NCBI GenBank assembly: GCA_965649765.1
Contig: OZ287751.1
Coordinates: 16,120,001-16,184,000, forward strand
From: Bispira polyomma
Taxonomy: Eukaryota
Direction: 5' to 3'
Length of the DNA: 64,000 nt
The notes beneath the pieces were generated by a model. The model was not told the DNA's origin. It searched no databases and was given only the letters and a program-made list of their open reading frames with translations. Position numbers and translations under genes: made by a program. This document shows positions 24,467 to 37,662 of this stretch, piece by piece (the stretch's first letter is position 1; each line of letters opens with the position of its first letter).

Positions 24467-25832
24467 GTGTATTAAACGTATAGGGAGGGTTTTTTCCGCA
24501 TGTGAACAGCTATACACATTTCTATTGTGTGACGTCACAACACAAAACTCTTTATATGGTATTATCACATAATGTACGCATCTGGTGAGTTTTATACAAA
24601 TGCATAAGTTATGTACGCATATGTATACGTCTCGGCAAAGCTGGTGAGTTTTATGCCGTGGTCACACTGGGCATAGTTACCTATTATGGTCCTACCGGTT
24701 AACCAAAGAAGGAATGGGTGGCTTTAAAGTTGGTATTATATGATTATATCTGTGACATTTTGCAAAAAAAATATTTTATGGAAAACAAGATCTTTGTCTC
24801 AAATGTTTCCCTCACATAGGAACATCTCAGACCTTTAAGAACATTGGAAATTTTGGAAAGATGACTGCGAGCTAAAATAAAATTGGGTGGCAATGTAAAA
24901 GGGTCATAACCAAAGAGCTGTGCCATTCATTTAAGCCATATTATGCTTTAATCATTGCAACTAAAAAGTAAAATATCAGGGGCGTAGCTACCATTAACGC
25001 CAGTAAGCCCAGCCGTACCAATTTAATGACAAGAAAGAAAATAAATAAATAAAAAAAATAGAAAAAAAAAATAAATTAATGGATTTAAATTTCTTTTTAT
25101 TCTGTTTGTTTTATTAGTAAGATAGATTCTTGTTAAATAAAATTTTATTTGGTACTCCTCAATTGAACCACAATATTATGTTACTGATATTCTATTGCAT
25201 TTATAGGACACCCAAAGTGCAGTACCTCCTTTTGTTAGATTTTAAGTGCTATTAGTTTTACTTGACGGTACAATTACCAACCAACGAAGTGTGTATTAAA
25301 CGTATAGGGAGGGTTTTTTTCCGCATACATATGTGAACAGCTATACACATTTCTATTGTGTGACGTCACAACACAAAACTCTTTATATGGTATTATCCCA
25401 TAATGTACGCATCTGGTGAGTTTTATACAAATGTATAATATATTCTGTTGGTCTTAAGAAACAAGTAAAAGTAAAAGTGGAATCATATTTTCTGTTTATC
25501 TTACACTTTCATCATGTTAAATCTTCTTTGCAACAGCTCCTGAAGCACATTGCATGTAATGATTCGAAAACGTCAAGTAACAGAATATGGTCATGGTTGG
25601 TTGCTTCAAAGTTGGTATTATATCTGTGACATTTTGCAAAAAAATATTGTATGGAAAAACAAGATCTTCCTTTGCCTCAAACGTTTCCCTTACATTAGAC
25701 CATCTAAGACATTAAGTGCATTTTGGAAAGATCATGGCGAGTTAAATTTTAAAAAGGTGGCAATGGAAAAAGGGCCCTAACGAAAAAACTGTACTATTTT
25801 AAGCTATATTATGCTTTGATCATTGTAACTAA
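24467..25832. repeat. Local direct duplications (24467-24602 ~ 25290-25432; 24725-24965 ~ 25605-25832)
   Basis: Near-identical gtgtattaaacgtatagggaggg...gagttttatacaaatg block, plus a diverged second block. 25188-25290 is the reverse complement of 22212-22315. Confidence 0.75.
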
Positions 25833-26919
25833 GAATTGGAATATTTAGCCATCAGAACCCTAACTAGTTAAAAATATGATTTGAACTGATAAAGACCATT
25901 TTATTTACCCGTTTTTTTTTCCATCAGAACTCTGTAAAGGTTGTATATTTTTCCGTCTTGTGTCTTCGTATCATTATTTATAGCTTACCTAGCACTCTCA
26001 TTGTCCCTCATTAAAAGCTAGTTTGGTTATGAGTACTTGATGTGGTCTTTTAAAGTGGTGTATATATTTTAGTTTATCTATCTTGTTTTCATGGGAGAAA
26101 ATAAACTGTATATTAAACAAACTGTCATACTGACACAATTGAGATGCAGATATTCCCAGGTATAATGGTCTTGTTACCATATTATTTCATGGTAATGTAA
26201 ATTCTAGCCAGATTAATCATGCATAGTTTCATGTTGGCTACTTGCTACCTGACAGTGTGCCAACCACCACACCCATTTAATTAAGTCTAAACATGTAGCC
26301 TTTCATTTATCTTTTTTACTCACAAGAGAAAATAGATCAACTGTAAATAATTCACAATGATGTTTGTTTTACTCATTAATTAGGCTTTGAAATATATCAA
26401 AGGTCAAATGAAAGAGACAAGGGTTGTAAAGTTTTGGATTGATCAAAGACTAACTTTTTCTATTGAAATGGTAAAGAATAACTGTGTTTAGAGTTTCAGT
26501 AAAACAGCTAACATTTTACATGAGAAAAACATGCTTTTTTAAATTAAGACATCTAAAAGTACTAATTAAGGTGCTGTAATAGGAGCATCAGTATTATTAA
26601 AGTGGGTGACACTGAATCGCCGATGATAGAGTACTAATTATTTGATAAAATACTATGGTAGGGATTGGACCTTTCAATTTTGTAAGCTCTTATAAACTAA
26701 CGAAAATGTATTGAGTGATGCAGTATATTTTAACAAGATATCTTGTAAACATCTGTTACCAAAATATCTCGCCCAGTATAATTCAATCGGACGGAGTGCA
26801 GTATTTACGACTTGTTGGTTACACAGTGTTTAAGGTAGAAACTAAAAGAATTCACAGGGTTGCAACTAAAATTCATTAAAGTAGTGAACCATTATAACTT
26901 TGGTCAATATTCACTGATA

Positions 26920-27240
26920 TTGAAGGGGATATGACAATACAAATTCAAATTCATCCCGAAAGCTAATTCACCAAGATAAATATTCAGAAGTTATTTGTTT
27001 AAGGGCCTTTCTGTAAAGCTTGGCCATCTTGGATTTCACAGAAAATCACCTAGTTCTAAAGTTCCAAAGATATCTTAAAAAAAACAATAGTTCAGACCTG
27101 TTTTCCTTTATACTGAACAGTCAGGCTAGTATTAATGTTTAAATTTATATATGAGTTGTGCGGCCAACACTTCGCTGGACTTCAGTATAGCGCAAAAGGC
27201 TATAAGATAATGTATAACAAAATTAATAGTGGTTCACCTC
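26920..27240 (+). repeat. Dispersed repeat, second copy at 37335-37662
   Basis: Shared gctaattcaccaa..attcagaag..ggacttcagtatagcgcaaaaggctataagataa..aacaaaattaatagtg. Confidence 0.7.
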
Positions 27241-28489
27241 TAATAATATGTTGTTACGCTGAATACTTGCATACATAGATCATGTATACGTGGAAAATTT
27301 TTTGAGCTTTTTGGCTAAATACATTGTATATTAAAAATTAATTAAAAATTAACTTCCTGTATTATCAATAATGACAATAAAAGTGAAACAATAGAAATGG
27401 TATATTATGAATTTTCCAATTTATACCACAAGTGATTATTTGGAGCCAATCAAAGGCTATTGTATTTAATTTTAGTGTGATTTTATAATGTTTACATCTA
27501 GTGACATTTTACCTACCTGCGTCACACATACACGATAACATAAATGTCATAGTTATCTAGATATAAAATAGAAAAATTTAATTGCACATCATAATAATTA
27601 TATACAATTGAAAGAAACCTTTAAAAATGCCCAAACATGTATTCAAAGCCAGTTTAAATGTTCTGTTGTCAGTAAACTGACCTTTAACTAAGAATGGTAT
27701 GACATTGCTCTGACCTTTGTAACAGAGAAGCTTCAGTAATAAGTTTTGACACCTGACTGACGGACTGTTAAGTCTTTATTACTACATTTTACATTTAGCA
27801 TTTCACTGGAACAATACATCATCCAATATCAGGCTTCATATCTGCACAGATTTATTGCCAGTAACTACATTACTCAGGCTTGATACACTTGTCCCCTTTT
27901 TTTATCTTTGACGGCAAAAGAAGAAAAACACAACAACAATAAAACAACATATTGAGTGATTGACATTACAAAAGGTATCACTTTATCACATTTGTCAGTA
28001 TATTTTCAGTGTATGAACTAAAAGGGCATTCAGTGCAGTATGTACAACATAATTTATCGCCATTCATCCTTGTGCTTCGCGTTTTAAGGCTGAACCACCA
28101 TCGGTTACAAATGATTATGCAAACAAACGGTAATCTCAAAACTAGATCATTCTTCAGCTTATTTCTACTTTTAATAAAAATATATTCAGGTTTATGTCCA
28201 TACCATCTTTAGTAATCCCCAGCAATGAATCAAAAGGGACAGATCATGTTTAATTAAACTTAAATATAATATTTAATCAGAAGTAATACTTCAGGCACAA
28301 AACAAAAAACCCTAGAAGTTATTAAAATTAATTTGGCATATGTAATATAGGTATACAGGTATTACCTTGCTTTAGCCACTTGTAAAGGTATATCTCAAGA
28401 GTAGATAAAAATTTAGATTAATGATCAAAGTAACACATAATACTGCTGATTGTTATGTAGCGTTGACACTATCACAATCTATAGAGCTT

Positions 28490-29000
28490 TTTATTCGCGA
28501 TTTTAAGACTGTGTGTAATCTGGAGGAAATTTTTAACATCTGGGTATAAACTGGATATAAACTGGAGAGATCAGCAAGATCTTGTGTCAGAGCCAGAAAT
28601 TTTGAACATGTTCAAAACTTCCGTGGATGGTTGGCTTTTAATGTGACCTCTGGAGAGAACTGGAGAGGTCGGAGCCTAATATGGAAATAATATTGGCATA
28701 AACTAATCAAAACTTGTGTCATCTGGACAGGACTGGTGTAATCTAGTGTCATCTGGAGCAAACATTGCATAAACATGAGATGATCTGCTTGTATATGGTA
28801 TGGTCTGGGTAAAATCTGGTTATAATCTTGTGTGGTATGGTAAAAACTGGGCATAAACTGGGCATAATCCTGGGTAAAAACTAGGCATATGCTGTGCATG
28901 ATCTGCAAATAAGCATTTTTCACACATTCTCTTTCGATCGGCCAATCTCTAATGATCTGGGCTAATTGTAGCTGAGAACTGCGATAGTGTGATCGCTACA
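28490..29000 (+). mobile_element. MITE-like element; related inverted copy at ~43470-43860
   Basis: Central palindrome ttttgaacatgttcaaaa; the body ggcataaact..aacttgtgtcatctggacag..gcaaacattgcat matches the reverse complement of 43590-43705. Confidence 0.55.
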
Positions 29001-29756
29001 TAAACAAGCGTTGTCAAGTATCTTTATACCTGACTATTCTATAGAAATAATGGCTGCTGTAATTAAAAGTGACCGACATAAATATATTTTGGTTACTGTA
29101 AGTATTTTTGCTCCAGACTACTGTCAGGAAACATTATGCTATACAGAAAAAATTCATATTAAAACATTAAAAGCATTAAAGGAGTTACCAAAGTATGCAT
29201 TGGGGTTATGAAGTATGCCTGGACAAAAAAACCCAGTCAGTTGATTCCGGAGGATTTCAGGGGCAAAGAGTTATTTGCATGCACCGAACTGTCTGTCATG
29301 CAACAAACTGATTAACTTTGTGAATATAGAAGACATGCGTAAAGGCAAAATAGCTTTTGTTCAGTTAATACAGGAAAAATACAAGTTTCCAGCATTAAAA
29401 TGGTATATAGCTTTTTTTGTTATGAAATGCCAGCCTGTGTATTAATGCATAAAAAGGTATAATGTAAGATGATAAAAAAATGGTAAAAATGGCCCCCTAA
29501 GGAAGATCCAACATGAAAGTCACTTCTAAAATATACACTCCCCCCCCCCCCCCCCCCAAAAAAAAAAAAAAAAAAAAAAAAATAATCAATGTTGTAATTT
29601 CGTCATTAGTTCCTCGGTGTGTGGGCAAATGATAGATGATTAACCAGCAACACTTAGTGAGAAAAGATTGCGGTTAAATACTTTTCTTATATATATGATT
29701 TCTATTGCTAACATATTTTTATATACAGTTTCTTTGTAGAATAGGTAATACTGTTG

Positions 29757-30067
29757 TGGGCATAAGGTCCCCTTAACTCAAGTGAGTTTAAGGCCTTAAG
29801 CTTATACAAAGCTTGGGTTAAGGTGACCTCAGGTATAATGAGTTTAGGAGTATAAGTATGCCAAAGTTGAGTTTGAGTCCAAACTTAAAGGATCTGAGTT
29901 TAAGGTTGAGAGTTTAAGTTTGGTAGAAAGTTTAATTTAAGGGCAAATTTAAGCGATTAAACTTTAAATTTATGCTAGTCTAAAGTTTGACTTAGGGTTT
30001 TAAGTTGAACTGTAGAAACTTGAGTACAATATGTACTAATATAATGAAGGGGGGGACCTTATGCCCA
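29757..30067 (-). other. E3 3' module bounded by a perfect 16-bp inverted repeat
   Basis: tgggcataaggtcccc (29757-29772) and ggggaccttatgccca (30052-30067); internal ttaaggccttaa and ttaaggtgacct. Confidence 0.75.
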
Positions 30068-30120
30068 AAAAAGGTATAATATTTAGTGTTATTTAGACAT
30101 ATCTTAAGCCTAAAATTTTA

Positions 30121-31108
30121 AGTTAGACCACCAAACCCCAAACTAGTAGGTGTTTTGTAGGACATCTTTAAAAGAATCTGCAACTTGAGTACCAGCATCA
30201 GCAGAGTCTGAGATGTAACGCCACACGCAATCCGACGTCCAGGTGCCCTGTTTTTGAATATCCTGAATCTTGACATTATTGTTAAATGCAAAGGTGGCAC
30301 CTGAAGGCGTGAAAGGTCAAGCCAGAGTATTGAGTACCAAGTAAGGATAGTACATTTTTGAGGTGCCTTCGCACACGTGTGTCCGTTAGTGGAACCCACG
30401 AGCCATGGAGGTTAAATTGAAATAATGGGAGATTTTTTCCTTTAGGTGAGATGGCTAACACAGCTTTCAAGGCCTGAATAGGACAAAGAGTTGAATTATT
30501 TATACTAGGGATGGTTAGCAAACAAACTGCATCATTTCTCTGCAGTGTCTTAGACCATTTAACCATTATGACTGCATACCCTGGCTTAAACAGAACATCA
30601 GCTCTAGCTAATTGCTTAAGAGGAGAGTAAGACCCCATTGAATGAGGGCACAAATTGGATAAACGCAAGAAAGTAAAAAAACTTGTCAAATAAACAGCCT
30701 TGAAAATTTGGCCCATGTAAGTACTATCACATTTACTAATGAGAGCCCTAAGCAAGTGTACATCAAAAATTGACTTCAATTTTGTTTGTAAAGGTATATC
30801 TTTAGTGAAATAAGCAATTCTCTGATGAGAAAATACTTGAACATCTATATGACACATAACACATTTTGCCTTCACAGCCAAGATGTGATTTACTACCTGA
30901 GAGGCCGAAACACCATTGAAATTTAGAAACTCTAAATATGCTAGAATTTGCAACACAGTCACCTTGTGGGGAGGCCAAGACATAAAGACTCCAAAAGCTA
31001 GGAACTGTCGGAACATTCTGTCATATGCTTTATTAGTAGCAGGAGTGAGAGCTGAGTTCAGCCTATCACAAGCCCGTCTCATCAGAGCCAGACCCACAGG
31101 GTGAGTGC
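30121..31108 (-). pseudogene. E3 tyrosine recombinase (small deletion/frameshift at ~30300)
   Basis: FLRLSNL, WSKT, FHAFR / frameshift / GATFAF..IQKQGTWTSDCVWRY. Confidence 0.92.
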
Positions 31109-31133
31109 CTGGAAAAGAGAAAACTGAGACCTG

Positions 31134-33665
31134 CTATATAAGAGTATTCACATAAAGTAAATTTTCAGGGGCAGGAAGCCATTGAATTGGTCCAGCCAGT
31201 TGGTTTAATAATAGGTGGTTATTTTCTGTCTCAGCCCATCTGGAAAGTAAGTCAGCCACTTTGTTCTCTCTACCTAGAATGTGGACTACAACAATTTCAA
31301 TGTCAAACTTACTGGCTAACATGTATATGTTTCTGGTATAAGTAGCCAATATGGGGTCTCTAGTACGGCCTGTCTGTAAGACACTGACTACTGCCTGATT
31401 GTCACATCTTACTAAAATTCTCTGACCCCTCCATTTTTGGACCCATAACTTCATTGCTACCAAAATGTTCAACATTTCAAGAGAAGCTATATTATACTCT
31501 GTCATACTTGTAGGAACTTTAATTTGGTATACTTGGTTTCCATAAATCCCCCCCATGCCTGTGAGGCAGGCATCCAATTGTATCTCGCCTGATATGGGTT
31601 TATGTAGGAAAAAGGAGACACCATTGAACTGCTCTGCAAAAGTTCTAAACCAATTTAAGTCACATCTGAATGCATCACTTATTACAATTTTAGTTTTACT
31701 GTGATTATCTCGTAGCAGTTCCAACATTCTATTCAAGAAAACCCGAGCATACTTAACACATTTAGAGATATATAGCAAAAGGCCCAGTAAAGACTGTAAT
31801 TCTCTTTTGGTACAATAATTTATTGAAGCCCAATCCCTGCACTTGCTCTGAATTTCTGCCATTTTTTTGGATGGGATAGAAGTTGTGCATTTGACTGTGT
31901 CAATTTTTATGCCCAAGCATACTGCCTCAGTGCTGGGTGGAACCATTTTTTTCTGACTAACTGTGAGACCTAATTCAGCAAGCAATTCTTGCAGTCTTAT
32001 AAATGTTTTCTGAATTTTGCAGGGAAGCGATACACATAAAAAGTCATCGATATAATTGTGGACGTTATGATTTTCAGAGTGCATTATGAAATGCACTGCA
32101 TCCGAAATTCGTTGAAAAATTGTGCTGCCATTCAAATAACCGAACGGCAGCGATTTATCGACATAGTAAGATTTCCACTTCAGCCCTAAGAGGTCAATGT
32201 CGCCAGGGTCAATGGGGACGTGGCAAAATGCCCTACTCACATCTATTTTAAATATCTGACACCCCTTACCCAATTTAGACACTTCAGTAGTAAGATGATC
32301 AATGGAAGGGTAAGACAGTAAAAAATCGACACCCAGATACGAAGTCGACGAAGCACCTGCATTTACGGAAGCCCCTTGAGGCCAACTCAAATTCACAATC
32401 ACCCGTCGGTTAATCGAGTTGGGTTTATGTCGGGTCATTAAGGGGGAGCAATGCAAATTCTGAATTGGTGGAGTGTCGAAAGGACTAAGCATTGCCCCAA
32501 AACCACATTCTTCCTTCATCTAGGCGTCTACATGTTGAGGAAATTCCTCCGCCGATTTATGGTTATTTTCATTCGACTCAGTGTGAATTTTCCGACATAC
32601 ATCAAGAGGGAATCCGTATTTTATAAGGAGAGGCAGTTGCCAATCCCAGTATGTTTGTAAATACTTTCCCCACGTTTCAGCATTTAATTGAGAATGGACA
32701 GGAATCTGGAGGCCAGTGTAATTATGCCTGCCATCAAAACGTATTTTCTTGTGCATTTCTAATATGGATAGTTCGTGCCCTCCCCCACTGTGGTCGGCAA
32801 TCTCACCGCCCAGAGCCGAGAGAGGAATAAATCCATAAGCATGACTACTCTGGTCTTGCCATTTTTTGTGTGTTTGATTCGAGGCCGCCTTCTGCAGCAA
32901 CTCCCTTTTATTTTTCTTGTGCTTTAAAGCACACGAATACTTATCAGAGATTTCAACATTTTCATTCACACGTTCTGCGCAAGTACTTGTCTCTTGGTGC
33001 TTTGCAAAGCCCCCATTGTTATCCGGCGTGTTACTAGAGCGAACGGCCCTCACAATGACTGCATTGTCCTCCACAGGTATCTGTGCCAACGCGGAAAACC
33101 GATTGCTAAGCTGAAGGCCACAGTTAGCTTCATTGACGCGGCTCTTTTCGCCCCCCCTCTGAATCGATTTTCTAACACCTTTTGTCTCCACGCCCTGTTG
33201 CTTTGTGCATGGGGGTCGCTTTACAATAGGTGTCACTTTGTTAACCACTTGAATGGAGGTGCCAATTACAGGTGTTAACTTTTCAAACCTTTGAATAGAT
33301 GTGGCAGCAGAGGTGTCAACATTATTCTTGAGTTCATCTCTGCCAACCTTTTGTGGTTGGCAAAATCTGCCCTTTGTCACCTTTCCAGAGCTGAACCTGT
33401 CAACCCCACCCTTATGGCTCAGACTTTCTGCATGTCCAGTACTATATACAAACATTGATTTCCTGGTACTAGCAGTACTTTTTAAAGCATCACTATAACT
33501 AACATCAGGCCTTTTGACCTTCATATAGCTACACATTTTCTGATACACATTTTTTCCCAACAAATGAAAATCTTTGAAGCCTGTGCCGTAGACAGTTCTA
33601 TTTACAACCTTAAAATTTTTCACCTTTTTAACCACTGCATCAGAGCAGTGGTCCCTCAGTTTTTT
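31134..33665 (-). pseudogene. E3 pol (linker-RT-RNase H) with one premature TAG at 32520-32522
   Basis: KYGFPLD, KIDVSRAF, SLPFG, NYIDDF, LDACLTG, CDNQAVV, HILGRENKVADLLSR. The frame is open from the slippery site at 33665. Confidence 0.93.
33631..33665 (-). promoter_or_regulatory. Predicted -1 programmed ribosomal frameshift signal (A_AAA_AAC + 6-nt spacer + 8-bp hairpin)
   Basis: GCA AAA AAC TGA GGG ACCACTGC TCTGAT GCAGTGGT; pol is in the -1 frame relative to gag. Confidence 0.7.
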
Positions 33666-34701
33666 GCCTCTTTTTTGCTACACATACTGGTCTTATGACT
33701 ACCCCCACAAGTTTCACAACCATGCCTATACATCTGCCCCCCTGTGTTGTGTGAACTAGAGAACTTGCAAGTCCCTTCCTGGAAGAACCTGCAAGGTGTC
33801 GACTTTTTCAGACTAGTTTTACTGCTGCCAGTGCTAACAGCACGGCCATTCGCCCCCTGCATAGATCTCGACACACCTACATGACATTGGGCGTGTGCCC
33901 TGCGAATCCGGTCGACCTTCTCGACATCCAACCACCCGAGCTTGTCCATTTCCATATTGGTTAGTCTACCGCGTGGCAGGCCTTCGCCACCTCCCACGAA
34001 AAGTCTTGGGCATCCTCCATGAGGCCACTCATATAATCTAGCATAGCGGTCTTAATTTCAGTCGACTTCTCCTCCTGAGCGATCTGGGTGAAGCCACAAA
34101 CCCATTGTACAAGGGTTAGGTCGTCATAACTAGGGCGAGTCTTCGAGCTGCCCGTCAGCACATAATTCTGGGGCCATTCGACCGCCTTCTTTGCAATAAC
34201 CTCGTTTCCCCCAGTTCTCTGAGACTTAATTTTACCTGAGGGGTTTTCATTAAGAGACCAGAGTTCCTTTAATCTCTGTTCGACTTGCAACTGAATGTGA
34301 GCGTTCTGATTCAAGAATTCGATACTTGGAACGACAGTATCTGAGCCAGTAGGTGCGCCTTTACCTTCGTCAGCAGAGACTAGCTCTTTAGAAACACTAG
34401 AAGTAATGCTAGAAGGAACGGTACTTGCCTTACTACTGGTGAGGTTGGCTGCTAACGCTGCCTCCGTCTGCTGGACTCGCTGATCCATCCCCTCGGCCAC
34501 CTGACTAAGGGATTGTAACTGCTGCAGTATAGCGCTAGATACAGCCTCGTTCGGATGAACCAGCGAGTCCTCATGAGAGCCAGCGTCAAGCCCCACTCCC
34601 TCACCCGAGATATCAGGCATATTAACCAAACAGTTTCTTCCAACCGGTCTCTCATGCTTTTGCAAACATTTCGGACAAAACACAGTCTTTTTACCTGGCA
34701 T
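33656..34701 (-). pseudogene. E3 gag-like ORF1 (frameshift at ~33965)
   Basis: N-terminal CPKCLQKHERPVGRNC; EWPQNYV..YDDLTLVQW..FSWE; C-terminal CRFFQEGTC..H..YRHGCETCGGSH..C. Confidence 0.85.
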
Positions 34702-36199
34702 GACGTGAGTGTATATTGAATTAAAATACTAAAAGCACATAACAGGGTAAAACGTAAACCATAAAACACTCTCTTTGTCACCCAAATGGTATTTGAATTT
34801 TCTCTGCTCTGCTCTTTTCTCTACTCTGCTGACAAACGGTAAAAGGCGGGAGAATTTGAAAGGGGGATGGCCTATATACTCGCCCATCCATCCCATAATA
34901 GTGAACAGCCTGGTACCCCAGAACTGAGGCCGCCAACGCTGGGGGCGTTAGCTTTCAAAATAGATATGTACGCTATTGATAAACTCACAAAAATATTTCA
35001 GTATCAATTCCAACCAAATCCAAGCCAACCAAATCCATCTACAGCATCAATTGTATGCGATGTATTAAAAAAATGCTAATAATATAAATATATAAAATAT
35101 GGTCCAGTTTAGTGATCTGAGGTAGTGCTTCTGCATAATAAATTCTCTAACTTTTATAGAATCATTATATGAGCTCAATAAACATCATATTGTTAAAACC
35201 AAAGGTAACTTAATTGGTCAAATGTACGATAATGTAGTTTTTCAAGAAAGTCATAAAATGGTAGATGGTAACATAAATGATTTATGTTGGATAATATGGA
35301 ATAGATACACTCAATTGTCCCTTGAGGATTTGAATGTTATCATTAATGATTTAATGTGTAAACTAAATAACGGTACTTTTTTAAAATAAAATAATAACTA
35401 AAAGTTATATTTACAACATTTATTTTAAATTTGTTCCTTCAAAGCACAACTTCTCTACATTGTAATATTGTAAATAAATTAAATTTGGTGCTACACAACT
35501 ATAGTATGTAATACAAGTAAAAACTTGTAAAATGCACAAGAAGTTTACGCAATTCCTCCTAAAAGAGCAACCATACTTAGCTATTATAGCTTTGTTTACA
35601 TCCTGAGTAATGCTGACCTTAACAAAAACCAAATGAGCACCTAAAATATAACCACACGGCCACTGTAATGTACTGAGAGCTACCACATCACATCAACTAA
35701 TAAGTAGGCTGGTGATAGATCTACTCAGTGTAGGTATAAGTTCCCCATCTCATGGGGTGTGATACCAGTCCCAAGCTGTCATAACAAGACTTCTCACTCC
35801 TACCTTCCTACCTGCCAGAATTCCTCTCTTTATAGTTCTTTGTCAGCCAGCGGGGGCCATATTCACGAATGTGTAATAGGCTTAACCATAATATGTATGT
35901 CTAAAATATTTAAGGACTGCCTACTGTTTAGTCGAAAGTCTGGAGAGCAAAGTTAACACTAACCAAATATCTCCTTTCTTTGCTTCCATTGGAACGAGGA
36001 CCAAAATCCAAACCTTTTTCGGCCATGAAATCAAACACCAAAATCTTAAGACTAAGTTAAACCTGGCAGGCATTTGGACAGCAATATATTATCTGTTTAC
36101 TATTGCTATAATTAAAACCTCTTCTCCTGCTGTTATGTTTCTCTGGGTATATTGTACACGAAGGTAATGAACTGGTATACTATACTAGCCGTGACCTTT

Positions 36200-36357
36200 A
36201 AGTTGTGTGTGAGGTCAAAGATCAAAGGCCAGAGTGAAAGTGATATGTAAGGTTAAGAAAAATATTTAAGATATTTGTTTAAAAATTTATCAGTTAGTAA
36301 GGGTTGTGTGAGGTCAAACAATCTGAGGCCAGAGTGCAGGTGATATGTAAGGTTGAG
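36200..36357. repeat. ~55-bp direct duplication at ~100-bp spacing
   Basis: gttgtgtgaggtcaaa..ggccagagtg..gtgatatgtaaggtt occurs twice. Confidence 0.6.
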
Positions 36358-37334
36358 TATTTGTAGTTGAGTATTTGTATTTGAGATTTTTGTTTTTACT
36401 TTACCAGTTAGTAAGATCAGAGTTAGGTGTAAATGTAAATGTATACAAATGTAAAAACAAAGTTTTAAACTCTTCATGGCCAACATAAAATAAATTTAAG
36501 CACAAAATTAGCCACAATAAATATTATAGAAGGTGAATGTAGAAATAAATGCATGGCTCCTGTAATGACATATTGGAAATGTATTGTCACTGCGGTGTTT
36601 CTTAACTCATTGAAGGTTAATTTAAAAGTGAGGTGAAGGACAAATTATATTATATATGTAATGGATGAATGCACCTTATTGGTTATTAGGTGGTCGAATA
36701 ACAGTAAAGAATGTAACTGTTTTATTTATTTTTAGTTATTTATTTTTTTTTTTTTTTGGGGGGGGGGGGGGGATAGGGTGTAAGCAGTCACAATGTTCTC
36801 ATGTGATTGCGTCAATGAAAATAATATCAACAGAGGGGGTTTTAAGCTTTACTATTCATTATTATATCTTTAATATGAGGATGTATTACTGTTGCAGTCA
36901 ATAAATTTACCACATGATTCATAATACCTGGAACCTTTATTGTAACGAGAATATAATATAGATGAGCAGATGTAGAATTACTTGCATAGTTTAAAATTAC
37001 ACGACTCCTTGTAAAGCCATAGCAAAATACAAGTCAGAGAAACACATCATATATGGTAGATTAAGTTTTAGATTTGTTTTAGTTGAATGTCAACTGAGTA
37101 TTGTCATAGGCAGTTAACAGGTGGAGGAAAGGTTAGCATAAGTTTTTGTGTCAAGGTTTTTTTTCTTCACTACAAATCCCCAAAAATTGTACTACCAACT
37201 TTCTCTGGAGGGAGTGCAGTATTTAGGGCTTGTTCGTTACAGAGTGTTTCAGGCAGAAACAAAAAGAATTGATAATGTTGAAACGAAATTTGATAAAAGT
37301 AGTTATAACTTAGGTGAATGTTCACATATATTGT

Positions 37335-37662
37335 AAAGGGAATGACTGGAGAATATAATGCCAAATGCATTCCGAGAGCTAATTCACCAACTTGAAGATA
37401 ATTATTCAGAAGCTATTTGTTTAAGAGCCTTTTTGTAATGTTTAGGCATCTTTAATTTAACAAGAAATAATTCTAAATTGTTCAAGATATCTAAAAAATA
37501 CACACCAATATTTCAGAACTGTTTTCATTTATACTGAAATGTCAGGCTCTAATTGATGTTTAATTTTATATATGATTTGTAGGGCCAGCTTTTCACCGGA
37601 CTTCAGTATAGCGCAAAAGGCTATAAGATAACACATATAACAAAATTAATAGTGATCTCACT
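37335..37662 (+). repeat. Dispersed repeat, copy of 26920-27240
   Basis: Direct alignment as above. Confidence 0.7.

Larger units (their letters stand above)
29757..34900 (-). mobile_element. Ngaro/DIRS-like YR retrotransposon E3 (near complete)
   Basis: gag - pol (RT/RH) - YR - 3' palindrome module; TATA-like TATATAGG at ~34871-34878. Each ORF has about one lesion. Confidence 0.93.
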
